Assembly: GCA_000165345.1 (NCBI GenBank)
Contig: CM000434.1
Coordinates: 768,001-832,000 of the forward strand
Direction of reading: 5' to 3'
Length of the DNA stretch: 64,000 nucleotides
Under the pieces are notes generated by a model that was not told the origin of the DNA, ran no database searches, and worked only from the letters and a program-made list of their open reading frames with translations. Positions within the stretch are counted from its first letter, which is position 1; each line of letters begins with the position of its first letter. The position numbers and the translations under genes were made by a program. Positions 31,324-41,473 of the stretch are shown here, piece after piece.

Positions 31324-34110
31324 CTAATCTAAGAACTTAATATGTAGTGTGAACTGCTCCAGGAGTGATTCGAAGAGATTGATTTGGAAATGAAGAAGTG
31401 GATCATACTGGAGATATTCTTGTTTAAGTTGAACCAGTAAAGTGAGATTAGTATGAAAAGTTTTTAAGCAATTCTTGAAATTGTTACTGGATTCATAAAT
31501 TTCGTCTATTGGAGACGAAATAGTATTATCCACTTCAAGAGAGAGTATCTGTTTCAAGCCATTTTCGTGATCATTCTCATAAATAAGCAGATTGTTTAGG
31601 ATGGTATGATTGATTTTACAAAGGAAGAAGGATGATTCAAAAAGGAGATCAAGACAAAGATATAAGCTCTGGGTAAGTTTTTGTTCTTGAGAGGGTGAGG
31701 AAGAGGAAGAGGAGGAGGAAGAGATAAAGAGGTTGGATTCTATGTAAGAAATATAGGTATCGTGTATATCTCTGATTTTGTGAATATTAGAGGCTTTTGG
31801 GAGAAGATTCTCAAATGATGACCAGAGATAGCTGATAGAACTGAATGAAAGAAGGTTTTGGATGGTATTTAAGGTGATAATAAGACTTCTAATGAGACAA
31901 CTGGATTGCCTGAGGAGTGGGGTATTATCAATGGAATCAGAGGGAACGCAAAGTTCACTTTGACGAAGATATTTAATGAGTTTGATCCATGTAGAATTGA
32001 GTTTATGAATTGTAAGTTTGAGCTTCCAAATAGTTTTGAAGATCCTTTCATATCTTTTAAGGTGATTTGTGGTTAATATTAGGGAAAGATTAGTTCTTTC
32101 TGGAATATTAAAATCTAGAGTAAAAATATCCCATCCACAACTTCCTGGTTTATTATATTGTTGAGAATCTAATAAGGATACCTGAAAATGATCTTCAAAC
32201 TCAAATCTAGGAAATGATCTTTTGGTATTTTCAAAGATTTCTTCCAATTTCTGAAGGGAAACAGATTCTGAAGGCTTATCTAGTTCATTTTCCATGTTCT
32301 TTATTAATAAATCCGAAAAATCACCATTAAAACATATAAAGTAATCTCTAATGATCTTGAGACGAGAAATTAATGAACCATTATCAGTTATAAGATCCTT
32401 AAGCTTAGTATCTAATTGGGCCTGAAGTCGATTTAAAGTCAAGTGTAATGGAGTTCTATTCAAATCAGTAATCATTTCTGAGGTTATCTCAGGAATCCCA
32501 AACTCATCAACAAGTTTTACATCTTCATCAGGAGGTAAAAGAGTCTTAATAATTATCCTAGTTTCACAAATATGTATTATTTGATGAGCTGTCTCTATTA
32601 ATAAGAAACTTGGTACTCGACTCTCATCTATTTTTATTCCTTCCGCAATATTACCCTTTATAAAAAACTCACCCAATTTATTCTCAAAATCTATCACAGT
32701 TTTTGATCTTGAATTGGTTGATCCAGGATCATATAAGTATCGTCTTGAGGTACCGTGTCTCAAGATCAAATTTAGATCTTGAAGCCAAACTGAAACGCAT
32801 TTATGGAATAAATTTTCAAAGACTTTTTCTTGGTATTGGTTTCCATTATTTCTATGAATATTTAGACAAGAGAGTATGGAAGAGCAAGTTTGTCCAAATA
32901 GACCTTCTAATATAGCAAAGATCTTTTCTTTTTTATGATATTGATCATTCATTCTATGTAGTAATTTTCTCAAAGTTAGCATTGGTTTGTTAGATTTAAG
33001 AAGTTCTAGGTTTGGATTTACTCCAGGATCTAATTTAGAAAGTGCTATCATTGAATCTTGTACTTCGTTTTGTTGGCTAACTATGAATTGTAAGTATTCT
33101 GAAAGTAGATCTTGAGTAAATTCAGTTAATGTTTTTGTAAGCATTGATCTTTCTTGAATATAAGAATTCTCTAGTTCTTGTTTGTAATAGTTTACAATTT
33201 GGGTCATTCTTTTATATATTGTCCCAAAATGGCAGATTTCTGTTACAATTTCTCTTGTAGTTTCCAATGAATATACTGAGGGATCTAAGATGTAAGAATC
33301 TGTTGAGATATCGTATTTAATAAATTGAGCTTCAAATCCTTGTAGAGCATAAAGGATATCATGTACTAGAGCAAGTTCTTGTGTAGGAGAAAGTAAACAC
33401 TTTTCCAAGACAAATAAAGGAACAGAATAGCTATCATTACTTTCAATAATACTGGATTCTTCTTTATATACTTCTAAACTATTATTAATACCTTCATGAT
33501 CTCCATTATTATTATAGACAGAAGTAATAGAGTGATCTTTTGAGCTGTTTCTGGTTTGAATTGCAAATTCATTATTTCCCATTGATGGTGATGAAGCTGA
33601 ATATATATTATTAGAATCTTTGAATCTACTTAAAACAGGACTAATAGAATTATTCAAGTCTCCAGCTTCTTTTAGATTGGAAATTGAATTACCAATATTT
33701 TCTTGATCATACTTGTCTCGTGATCCGGTATCGAATAATGGAAGTAGGAGTCTAAGTATTTTATCTTGAAAGCTACTGGTTTGATTTCTGGGTGAAGAAT
33801 TATTCAGTTCAGGAATTGCAAGACATAGGTTTGAAAGTTTATCATATAGTCTATTGAGTTTGTGTACTTGAGTTGATCTTCCATTGCTTAAAAGTAACTC
33901 ATGTGCATCTTCAAGAGGATTTCCAAAATTTAATTCTTTTACTCCAGAAACTATATGAGATTTAATGAGCTTTAAAGAGGCCAGATAGCATTTTTGAGCA
34001 AGTTTACTTCGTTCTGAAGTTCTATCTTTGAGTATGTTACTATTTTCAATTTCCTTGTAAACAAGTTCCTTCAGTAGTTCTGGGATAATTATGGGCTTTT
34101 CTGATATCAT
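31324..34110 (-). CDS. Gamma-tubulin complex component (GCP2/GCP3, Spc97/Spc98 family)
   Basis: GRIP1-like motif ELALVHDILYALQGFEAQFIKYD (compare LVRDLLYVFQGIDGK.IK in GCP2/3). The size (928 aa) and C-terminal GRIP2-like helical region fit the family. Family assignment is from pattern memory, not a search. Confidence 0.55.
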   Translation of the reverse strand: MISEKPIIIPELLKELVYKEIENSNILKDRTSERSKLAQKCYLASLKLIKSHIVSGVKELNFGNPLEDAHELLLSNGRSTQVHKLNRLYDKLSNLCLAIPELNNSSPRNQTSSFQDKILRLLLPLFDTGSRDKYDQENIGNSISNLKEAGDLNNSISPVLSRFKDSNNIYSASSPSMGNNEFAIQTRNSSKDHSITSVYNNNGDHEGINNSLEVYKEESSIIESNDSYSVPLFVLEKCLLSPTQELALVHDILYALQGFEAQFIKYDISTDSYILDPSVYSLETTREIVTEICHFGTIYKRMTQIVNYYKQELENSYIQERSMLTKTLTEFTQDLLSEYLQFIVSQQNEVQDSMIALSKLDPGVNPNLELLKSNKPMLTLRKLLHRMNDQYHKKEKIFAILEGLFGQTCSSILSCLNIHRNNGNQYQEKVFENLFHKCVSVWLQDLNLILRHGTSRRYLYDPGSTNSRSKTVIDFENKLGEFFIKGNIAEGIKIDESRVPSFLLIETAHQIIHICETRIIIKTLLPPDEDVKLVDEFGIPEITSEMITDLNRTPLHLTLNRLQAQLDTKLKDLITDNGSLISRLKIIRDYFICFNGDFSDLLIKNMENELDKPSESVSLQKLEEIFENTKRSFPRFEFEDHFQVSLLDSQQYNKPGSCGWDIFTLDFNIPERTNLSLILTTNHLKRYERIFKTIWKLKLTIHKLNSTWIKLIKYLRQSELCVPSDSIDNTPLLRQSSCLIRSLIITLNTIQNLLSFSSISYLWSSFENLLPKASNIHKIRDIHDTYISYIESNLFISSSSSSSSSPSQEQKLTQSLYLCLDLLFESSFFLCKINHTILNNLLIYENDHENGLKQILSLEVDNTISSPIDEIYESSNNFKNCLKTFHTNLTLLVQLKQEYLQYDPLLHFQINLFESLLEQFTLHIKFLD

Positions 34111-34173
34111 TGTTTAAATATATATATTGGGATTTCTTTGGATGTTAAAGTAGTCCAATATATTGCCGCTTTT

Positions 34174-34202
34174 ACTACTACTACTACTACTACTACTACT
34201 AT
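34174..34202. repeat. (TAC)9-10 microsatellite about 65 nt upstream of the GCP start codon
   Basis: tactactactactactactactactact read directly. Confidence 0.85.
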
Positions 34203-34816
34203 TAATACCACAACTAATGAGCACTAATTTATTAGTAATAGTTCCTGAAAAGGAAATGTAGGAGTAGCAAGAAAGAGAAAAATTGGAAATAGACTTTAAG
34301 AACTATTTACATTCAAGTATTCCCACACACATACACACACAAAGTTACTTATTTTTGTTGTTTTCCTTTCTTTTAAGCCACTTTTAATTTACATGCGAAA
34401 GATCTTGAGACGTTAACTTGTTATAAGCTTGACAAGAAACCACACCAATCAAAATTAATTAATTCAAAGATTATAAATTAAATTATTCTTACAGATTTCT
34501 ATTTAATTATCCAAATTTTAATGATTTTTATTTTTTCTATAAATTTTTTTTAATATTAAGTTACCCGTGATTTTTTTCTAGTTGATATGCCCTAAAAACA
34601 CACTTTCCCGCCAAAACATTCGGTACTTAAAAAAAACAAGCCGGTATACAAAAAAAAAAATAACTTTGGAGGAAGAGAGAAGAAATAATAATAATTCAGA
34701 CATAAGTTTTATGAGCTTTGTGTTTTTGGTAAATTTTAAGAAAAGATTTTACTTAAGATACTGACCATAGTGTTATTATTAGCTTTGCTGTATTTATTGG
34801 TATCGGTAATTAGGTG

Positions 34817-37195
34817 ATGGATAAAAAAAATACCGGATCAGTAACACAAAGCGTGGGAGGAAATAAAATGAGCGAGTTAGAGTTTACATCATTACCAGCA
34901 GTGGTAGTAGTGGAAAGTTTAGGAGTAGATTCATTTTTACCAATATCATGTGAATTTCCTGAATCATTATTACCAATAAATGGGGTACCGATAATTAATT
35001 ATATAATTGAGATGCTGCTTAAGAATGGTGTAACTGAGATATATTTATTGGCGTATTCTCATAAGGATTTGTTAATGGATCACATTGAAGGATTAAAATC
35101 ATCCAATAAAAAGTTAAGATCATTAAATATTCAAATTATTCAGCTTGGAGTACATTGTAATTCAATTGGAGATGCATTAAGAGATTTAGATTGTCAAGTA
35201 GATATCAGAGACGACTTTGTTTTAATACAAGGGGGATTGCTTTGTGTGGCTGATATAAAGGAAGTAGTTCAAATTCACAAAAAGAAGAGAAGTAGTCAGG
35301 TACCAAATTTATCAATGACAATGATATTTATGGAAAGCCCACCATTAAGTACATTAAGAACAAAAAAGAATGAGAATTTGGTGATCTATGATCAGGTATC
35401 GAATGAATTGGTTCATTGGGGTAAATTTGATGATGATTACTGTTCCAGATTGTCAATGAAGACTTTAATGAGGAACTCGAGTTCATCTTATTATGGTACA
35501 AGTAAATGCATCATTAGATATGATTTATTGGATATAGGACTTGCAATATGTTCTCCTCAATTGCTTAAGACTTTTTGTGAGACCTTTGATTTTACTGATC
35601 TATTTAATGATTTTGTGCAAAATGCATTAAGCTCTGATATTAAACAAGATGTAATAGATGTTTCAATAATGTCTCAGTATGCTGTTAAGATCACAGACTT
35701 TAGGACATATCATGTAGCACAACAACATGTATGTGAAGGATGGGCATTCCCAATGGTACCGGATTATTGTAGTATATCAGGACAGAATGTACAAAGATAC
35801 CAAGGATTTAGTGTATTTTTGGGAGATAATGTAAATATAAGTCCAAGTTCTGAGATTGGATCAATAGTTACTATAGGGAAATCAACAAAGATTGGAAATA
35901 ATTGTAAGATCTCGGATTCTTTTATTGGTGAGAATTGTGTGATTGGAGACAATTGCATCATTAAAGGATGTTCAATATTAGATAATACCGTTATTGAGAA
36001 TAACGTTGAATTGGATTCAAGTTTTATTTCGAGTAATGCTAAGATTATGAGTAATGTAATAGTGAATCCATGTTGTTTAATAGGATCTGGGATTATTATT
36101 CAAGAGAATTCAAAAATTGAATCTTTTAGTAGGGTATCGAGATATATTTCAAGATCTATACTACTTGAGAATCTAAAAAATAAATCTCAAAAAGGTTTTG
36201 AACAAGATGAAAGTGAATTAAGAAGTAATAGTAACTCTCCAAGTATGAATTCTAGACGATTTAAACTTTTAGATGAGACGGATTTATCTTTATTAAGTAA
36301 TATGACAAAAGATGGAGCAATATTGAATGGCGTGATTTGGCCTGAAGATAAGTTAGCTAAGCTGGAAAATCACGAGATCACAAATGAGGATGTACTTTCT
36401 AATATTGTTTTATTTGATTCATCTAGAAACAGAGAGACTGTTTGTAGTAGTGATTCAGAAAGTTCTGATGATGAAGATTTTGATGGAGAGATAATTAGAA
36501 GAGGTAGAAAAGGCATTCAAGGAGGTACCGGAGGGTTGAATAAGGTTAATAATGGAGAAGAGGAGGATGAGGATGATGAAGAGGAAGATGAAGATTCACG
36601 GGAATTTTTTGAAGAGTCTGTGCTACTTATAAAATCTGGACTTGAAAATCCGGTACATATGTCTAATAAGATCTTAGAGTTGAAAGGATTAAGATTTGCA
36701 TTCTTTAAAGATGATCTTGATATTTTAGATACATGTATAATCATGGCATTGGATCTACTTGGTAAAAACTCAAAGGAGTTTCTGGTGGAAGAGAAAGGGT
36801 TTAATAATAATAATAGTACTAGTACAAGAATAGATTTGGATAGATTTAGATCATTTTGTGAGAAGAAAGGCATTTTAGAGCTGGTATCGGCTTTTAATAG
36901 GTCTGAGGATGAAGCCTTTACTGGCTTAATTTGTTCAAAGTTGTTAGAATTTGCTTTAAAAAAGGATTTCCCTCTTCCTTTTGGATCTCTCTTAGTTACT
37001 TTTGAGAGATTGGATCTTATTAATCAGTCTTTCATCCCAAATTGGTATGATAGCGTGATTGGAGGATCAGGAACTGAGACCAAAACAAAAGATGAGGTCT
37101 TATCAATTTTGAGATCAGACTTTGTGGTGAAGTACATTGAATGGCTTAAAGAAGATGAAGAAGATGACGAAGAGGATGAAGAGGATGATGATTAA
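34817..37195 (+). CDS. EIF2B5: Translation initiation factor eIF2B epsilon subunit (GCD6/EIF2B5)
   Basis: N-terminal nucleotidyl-transferase-like domain; left-handed beta-helix hexapeptide repeats (IGENCVIGDNCIIKGCSILDNTVIENNV); C-terminal W2 domain with acidic/aromatic boxes (VVKYIEWLKEDEEDDEEDEEDDD). The real ATG is at 34817, because the track start at 34814 is GTG. Confidence 0.75.
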   Translation: MDKKNTGSVTQSVGGNKMSELEFTSLPAVVVVESLGVDSFLPISCEFPESLLPINGVPIINYIIEMLLKNGVTEIYLLAYSHKDLLMDHIEGLKSSNKKLRSLNIQIIQLGVHCNSIGDALRDLDCQVDIRDDFVLIQGGLLCVADIKEVVQIHKKKRSSQVPNLSMTMIFMESPPLSTLRTKKNENLVIYDQVSNELVHWGKFDDDYCSRLSMKTLMRNSSSSYYGTSKCIIRYDLLDIGLAICSPQLLKTFCETFDFTDLFNDFVQNALSSDIKQDVIDVSIMSQYAVKITDFRTYHVAQQHVCEGWAFPMVPDYCSISGQNVQRYQGFSVFLGDNVNISPSSEIGSIVTIGKSTKIGNNCKISDSFIGENCVIGDNCIIKGCSILDNTVIENNVELDSSFISSNAKIMSNVIVNPCCLIGSGIIIQENSKIESFSRVSRYISRSILLENLKNKSQKGFEQDESELRSNSNSPSMNSRRFKLLDETDLSLLSNMTKDGAILNGVIWPEDKLAKLENHEITNEDVLSNIVLFDSSRNRETVCSSDSESSDDEDFDGEIIRRGRKGIQGGTGGLNKVNNGEEEDEDDEEEDEDSREFFEESVLLIKSGLENPVHMSNKILELKGLRFAFFKDDLDILDTCIIMALDLLGKNSKEFLVEEKGFNNNNSTSTRIDLDRFRSFCEKKGILELVSAFNRSEDEAFTGLICSKLLEFALKKDFPLPFGSLLVTFERLDLINQSFIPNWYDSVIGGSGTETKTKDEVLSILRSDFVVKYIEWLKEDEEDDEEDEEDDD

Positions 37196-37342
37196 AATAA
37201 GGATAGCAGCAAATAATACAATAGAAAGACTCCAATAATGGAGAATGATAAGTAAAAACTAGGATTAGTAGTACTTCTAACTCATATAATTTATTTATAA
37301 TAACGGTTTGTTTGTTCAATATAAATATAGGAAGGTAATATA

Positions 37343-38224
37343 TTATTCATTTGAATGAAACGGAGAGACGGATCTAGAAAGTGATCTAGTTCTACCGCCC
37401 GTGATAACTTTTTTATCTAATGGTACCTTTGTATCAGATAGAGGAGGGGAAGGAGAAGGAGTGGGAGATCTGGGCTGATAAGAGTCCTGGTTAAAACCAG
37501 ACTGGAGTTTAAGGTCGTTATTTAAAGTATTCAAAAGTCTCTCTTCAATCTTCTTCTTAATGGAATAGATCTTTGATAATTTACTATCCCATTCAAGTTT
37601 TTTGATCTGTTGATATGCAAGAGGAACAGGAATACTTTCTAAATTTAATAAGGTATCGTTAATATCATGAAGATTAGAATTAGTCTCTAGATTTGATGGA
37701 ATATATTTCTGAATTTCAAAGTCGGAAGAAATCTCAATCTTTTCACCACTTTCTAAAGTAAGATATCGTTTTTCTATAAGATCTGCAGCAGAGCTTTCAT
37801 TTTGAAATTCTATTATAATAGAATTGGAGTTAATATTAGGATCTTGTCTCTTAATACTAACAATTTGTCCATATTTCTGAAAAATGGATGTAATTCTCAA
37901 GTCTGACAAAGAACTTGGTAAATTTTTTACCGATATTTCTCTATTTGAGACAATTCTTTTTTGCTCAGATTTTTGAATTTGTATTGGTGGCAGTACCGTT
38001 ATTGACATAGGTACCCCAAGTAACGTTGAACCATTAAATCCAATACTTTTTGTGACACCATTTGAAGATTTAAATGAGATTTGGCAGAATCTTTGGTCAC
38101 TTTCTGGGTAATTATGGAATTCAATATCAATAATTTCATCCTCAAGTTCATTGAATATATTAAGTACCGACTTTTTATTTGCAAGTGGGGATAAGTTTCT
38201 GATAAATACGCAATTTTCTGTCAT
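37343..38224 (-). CDS. RRM-type RNA-binding protein with a C-terminal SP/RS-like tail (possible SR-related splicing factor)
   Basis: Two RRM-like segments (CVFIRNLSP...; ISVKNLPSSL...YGQIVSIKRQD...IIIEFQNESSAADLI). The C-terminus reads SPTPSPSPP...RTRSLSRSVSP. Confidence 0.5.
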   Translation of the reverse strand: MTENCVFIRNLSPLANKKSVLNIFNELEDEIIDIEFHNYPESDQRFCQISFKSSNGVTKSIGFNGSTLLGVPMSITVLPPIQIQKSEQKRIVSNREISVKNLPSSLSDLRITSIFQKYGQIVSIKRQDPNINSNSIIIEFQNESSAADLIEKRYLTLESGEKIEISSDFEIQKYIPSNLETNSNLHDINDTLLNLESIPVPLAYQQIKKLEWDSKLSKIYSIKKKIEERLLNTLNNDLKLQSGFNQDSYQPRSPTPSPSPPLSDTKVPLDKKVITGGRTRSLSRSVSPFHSNE

Positions 38225-38435
38225 ATTAATGTGAGATTTTGAAGCAAAGTTTTTCTAAGAATGTATAATTGGAAGAATTAGAAGGAGTTCCTGTCGTCCT
38301 TAAGTCAATTCAGATGGAGATCCTTGATTAATTATATATAAATAATTTTATGTGGTTTATAAGAGAAAGAGATGTTGGATTAAAAAAAAATGGGATTTTT
38401 TTTTTCCAAGTCAAATTGCTGTGCATCATTGCCTA

Positions 38436-38492
38436 TACCGGCGTATTACGAATTACCGGTATAGGAAAATAAATAAATGCCGGTATAGGCAA
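38436..38492. promoter_or_regulatory. Cluster of three CCGGTATAGG elements (one inverted, two direct) in the divergent promoter of 38224 (-) and 38549 (+)
   Basis: CCTATACCGGcg-N13-ACCGGTATAGG-N15-GCCGGTATAGGC. The same 8-10-mer recurs in many other spacers in the window (see findings). Confidence 0.5.
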
Positions 38493-38548
38493 AAATATTA
38501 AAAAAAAAAAATAATAAAAAATATATAAAAAAGAAAATAAGTGACTAA

Positions 38549-39118
38549 ATGAATGATTTTGATATTATTGAGTCGCAACTTGCGAAGATTAATGAACTCA
38601 GAAATCAGGTAGAAGGTATTGAAAAAACCAACTTTAATAATGTAAACAACAAAACTATTATAGATAAGAATTTAGAGATTTCAATAAGTTCAGAAAGTAC
38701 TCTTCAAGAAAGATATAAATCTATAAATCTTCTTTATCTTGTTGGCCAGAAAAAGCTGATTAGGGAGATAATCAATACTCAAAGTCCATCAAATCTTACA
38801 AATTTGATTAAAAGAATGATTAATACTCCTCCAATTGGTGATTCTATAGAAAAGATGGCTTGTAATAGAAATACTTGGATTGACGAATCAATTTGGCAGC
38901 TTTCTAAAGTTAGTAGCGAAGATAATTCTGATAATACTGCTTCTAGTGATATTAATGATAAAGATAAGAACTTATCAGAGATTCTAGAGTTATTGAATCA
39001 TTATAAATACCACTTTGACTCTTCACTACAACTTAGTGGAGCTATAAATCTATCAATTGGGATGCTTAATAATTCCAATAAAGAAGAATCCATTAACTCT
39101 TCCTCCTCCCCTAAGTAG
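38549..39118 (+). CDS. Hypothetical protein (189 aa)
   Basis: Clean ATG-initiated ORF immediately downstream of a motif-rich promoter (CCGGTATAGG cluster). No recognisable domain. Confidence 0.4.
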   Translation: MNDFDIIESQLAKINELRNQVEGIEKTNFNNVNNKTIIDKNLEISISSESTLQERYKSINLLYLVGQKKLIREIINTQSPSNLTNLIKRMINTPPIGDSIEKMACNRNTWIDESIWQLSKVSSEDNSDNTASSDINDKDKNLSEILELLNHYKYHFDSSLQLSGAINLSIGMLNNSNKEESINSSSSPK

Positions 39119-39252
39119 AAATAAATACTAACTTTAACAAAAATTCTAGTAAAGACAAAGAATCTTTCTAGGTAGTAATAAACTAATTATTATAAATAAA
39201 ACTCTAAAAAGTATATTGTACTACATTTCTAACCAGTAACATTTGGAAAGGT

Positions 39253-40102
39253 TCATTTCCTCTTTCCTCCTTTTCTTCCTTTTCCTCCTCCTTGCTTAGA
39301 TGGTTTATTAGTATTCTTAGTTATCTCAAAGTTATTTGTCTTACTAATATGCTTAGATACCTTCTTATTCTTATTAAGATCAGATTTCTTGGAATTTTCA
39401 GAAAAGTACTTATCAAAAGATTCTTCAATAGAAGCACTATTTTTATGATCACTCTTTTTCCAATTCTCAATTTCCCTCAAATTCTTCTTGGTTTCTTGCT
39501 TTCTAAGTTTCTTCTTCTCTACCTGGATCTTCTTAGTGAACTTTTTCTCAACATATTTTTGTTTTTTAAGTTCAACAGCCTTTATTTTCTGCTCCTGTTT
39601 AAGTAAATCCATCTTAATTTTCTTCATATGTTGGTCTGTTTTAAGCATTTCAGCTAACATATCATCTGGTCTATTCCAGTTTATATTCATCTTTTCCAAA
39701 ATTTCACATCCTTTATTCACATTTCTCAAAGTATTTGAATAAAAGTATGATTCTCTTTTTGTATTATCTTTGTAATCAATCTTTTCCTCATTTCCTACCT
39801 TATCCACTATAGCTAAAGTTTCTATAAAAGGTACATTTTTCATTCCTAATTGAATCCCATAGTCCAAAGCTGAGATCTTTCTCTTTATTCCTTCCTCATC
39901 CAAAACTAATTTATTCCCTATTTTAATTAATGGAATTCAATTAATAAAAATATAAAGTAAAAAACAAGTTATTAAGTAAATTTTCTGTATTAATTTTATT
40001 CCTTTCAGGTATTAAACTAAACTTACCTCTATCAATGCTTATTCTCTCTCCTTGATTATCTTCTAAAACGTGAGTTTCCAGCTCACTGTCAGAATCTGAC
40101 AT
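39253..40102 (-). CDS. EBP2: rRNA-processing protein EBP2 (EBNA1BP2 homologue), 2 exons: 40102-40027 and 39917-39253
   Basis: Exon 2 contains the Ebp2 core (VPFIETL..., RPDDMLAEMLKTDQHMKKIKMDLLKQEQ, K-rich tail). The upstream exon MSDSDSELETHVLEDNQGERISIDR ends at a GTAAGT donor (minus strand, 40026-40021). A TAG acceptor at 39920-39918 joins it in frame (phase 1) to the ORF listed as starting at 39903 (TTG). Confidence 0.7.
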
Positions 40103-41473
40103 CCTTGCCTTTAAGTTTTCTCTTATCTATTTAATACTTAAAGGAGACAAAAAATTTATCTAAATAAAAAATAACAAGTTTATCAGCAAGTTCTACTCTG
40201 CTTGTATACTTGTTTTTTATTTTCTTTTAAATTCACACCCTCTTTTACTAATTAGTAATATTTCCTATTCACTTTTTTACCCTTTTTTTGTAAAGCCAAC
40301 AATGTCACAAACGACATTTGGCGCGAGCGCCATGATGCATAATGCCGGTATAGATACCTTTTAAGTGTAAAATAGGCAAGAAAAAAAAACAAAAATTTGT
40401 ATTTAATAAATAAATATTTATATATATATATATATATGTATATATAAATATACACAAAATAAATAAGGGATTAAATATAATTCTTGAAATTTCCTCTATT
40501 TCCCCTTTATTATTTTATACTTTTAAATACCAATTTCTCAAACTGGAAAATATTGGTTTAAATTTAGGTGAATAAATCACTAATTCTCACTTTATTGAAT
40601 AGGAATTAGATGATATTTGATTTTTTTATAGATTTATTAAGGAAAAATATTATTAAACATCTTCCTTTGAAATAGAAATGAATAGCAGATATTTTCAGTG
40701 TATTGTCTAAAGTTTCTTAATATCGTTTGGATATTTACGAATTTGAAATATTATTATTCTGAAAATGTGGTTATAACAATATTTTGAATCCAAATTCTGA
40801 ATAGTTTTTCTATAAGAAACAAAATCTTTGTTAACCAAAGAGGTTTTTCTTTTTTAATGTAAATGCAAAGAAGAAAAATAGTAATAAAGAAACGATTAAA
40901 GCTGAAATGTTGAACAATAGTTAATATCTTTGATATAATTCATTTTGTAATTATATTCAACAAATTCAGTATCTTGCTTTTAAGTATTCAACGAATATCT
41001 TGTAATGTTACCGACGTAATAAGTATTGATTGCTTATTAATAATGATTAATAAAGTGCTTCCAAACAATTTTTTTTAATCGTTTAACAATATTATTGAAT
41101 GAGTAGTTGATTTAACTGTTTGTATTGAAAAATCTTTAGATGGTAATTCCTCTACTCTTATTATTTTGTTTATATTATTAAAAACTCAAATTACATCTTT
41201 TCCCATTGTTTGACAGAAATTTTTCAATGGAATTCAAGACCATATAATATTAAATAACGTAGGTGTTTCCATTTCTTAGGTTTGAATTTTCCTTTAAACA
41301 ATATTACTACTGAAGTATTATTTTCTTTTCCAATGAATTTAAGCGTTTCATGTTGGATCTTGATCCAATAATTTACATATTTATTATCATTACGATATCT
41401 GATAATTGTGCATTAGTGTTAATAACACTCAAGCTATTCTTGTAAGCAGTATTATGTTTCGAAATAGTCTCAC

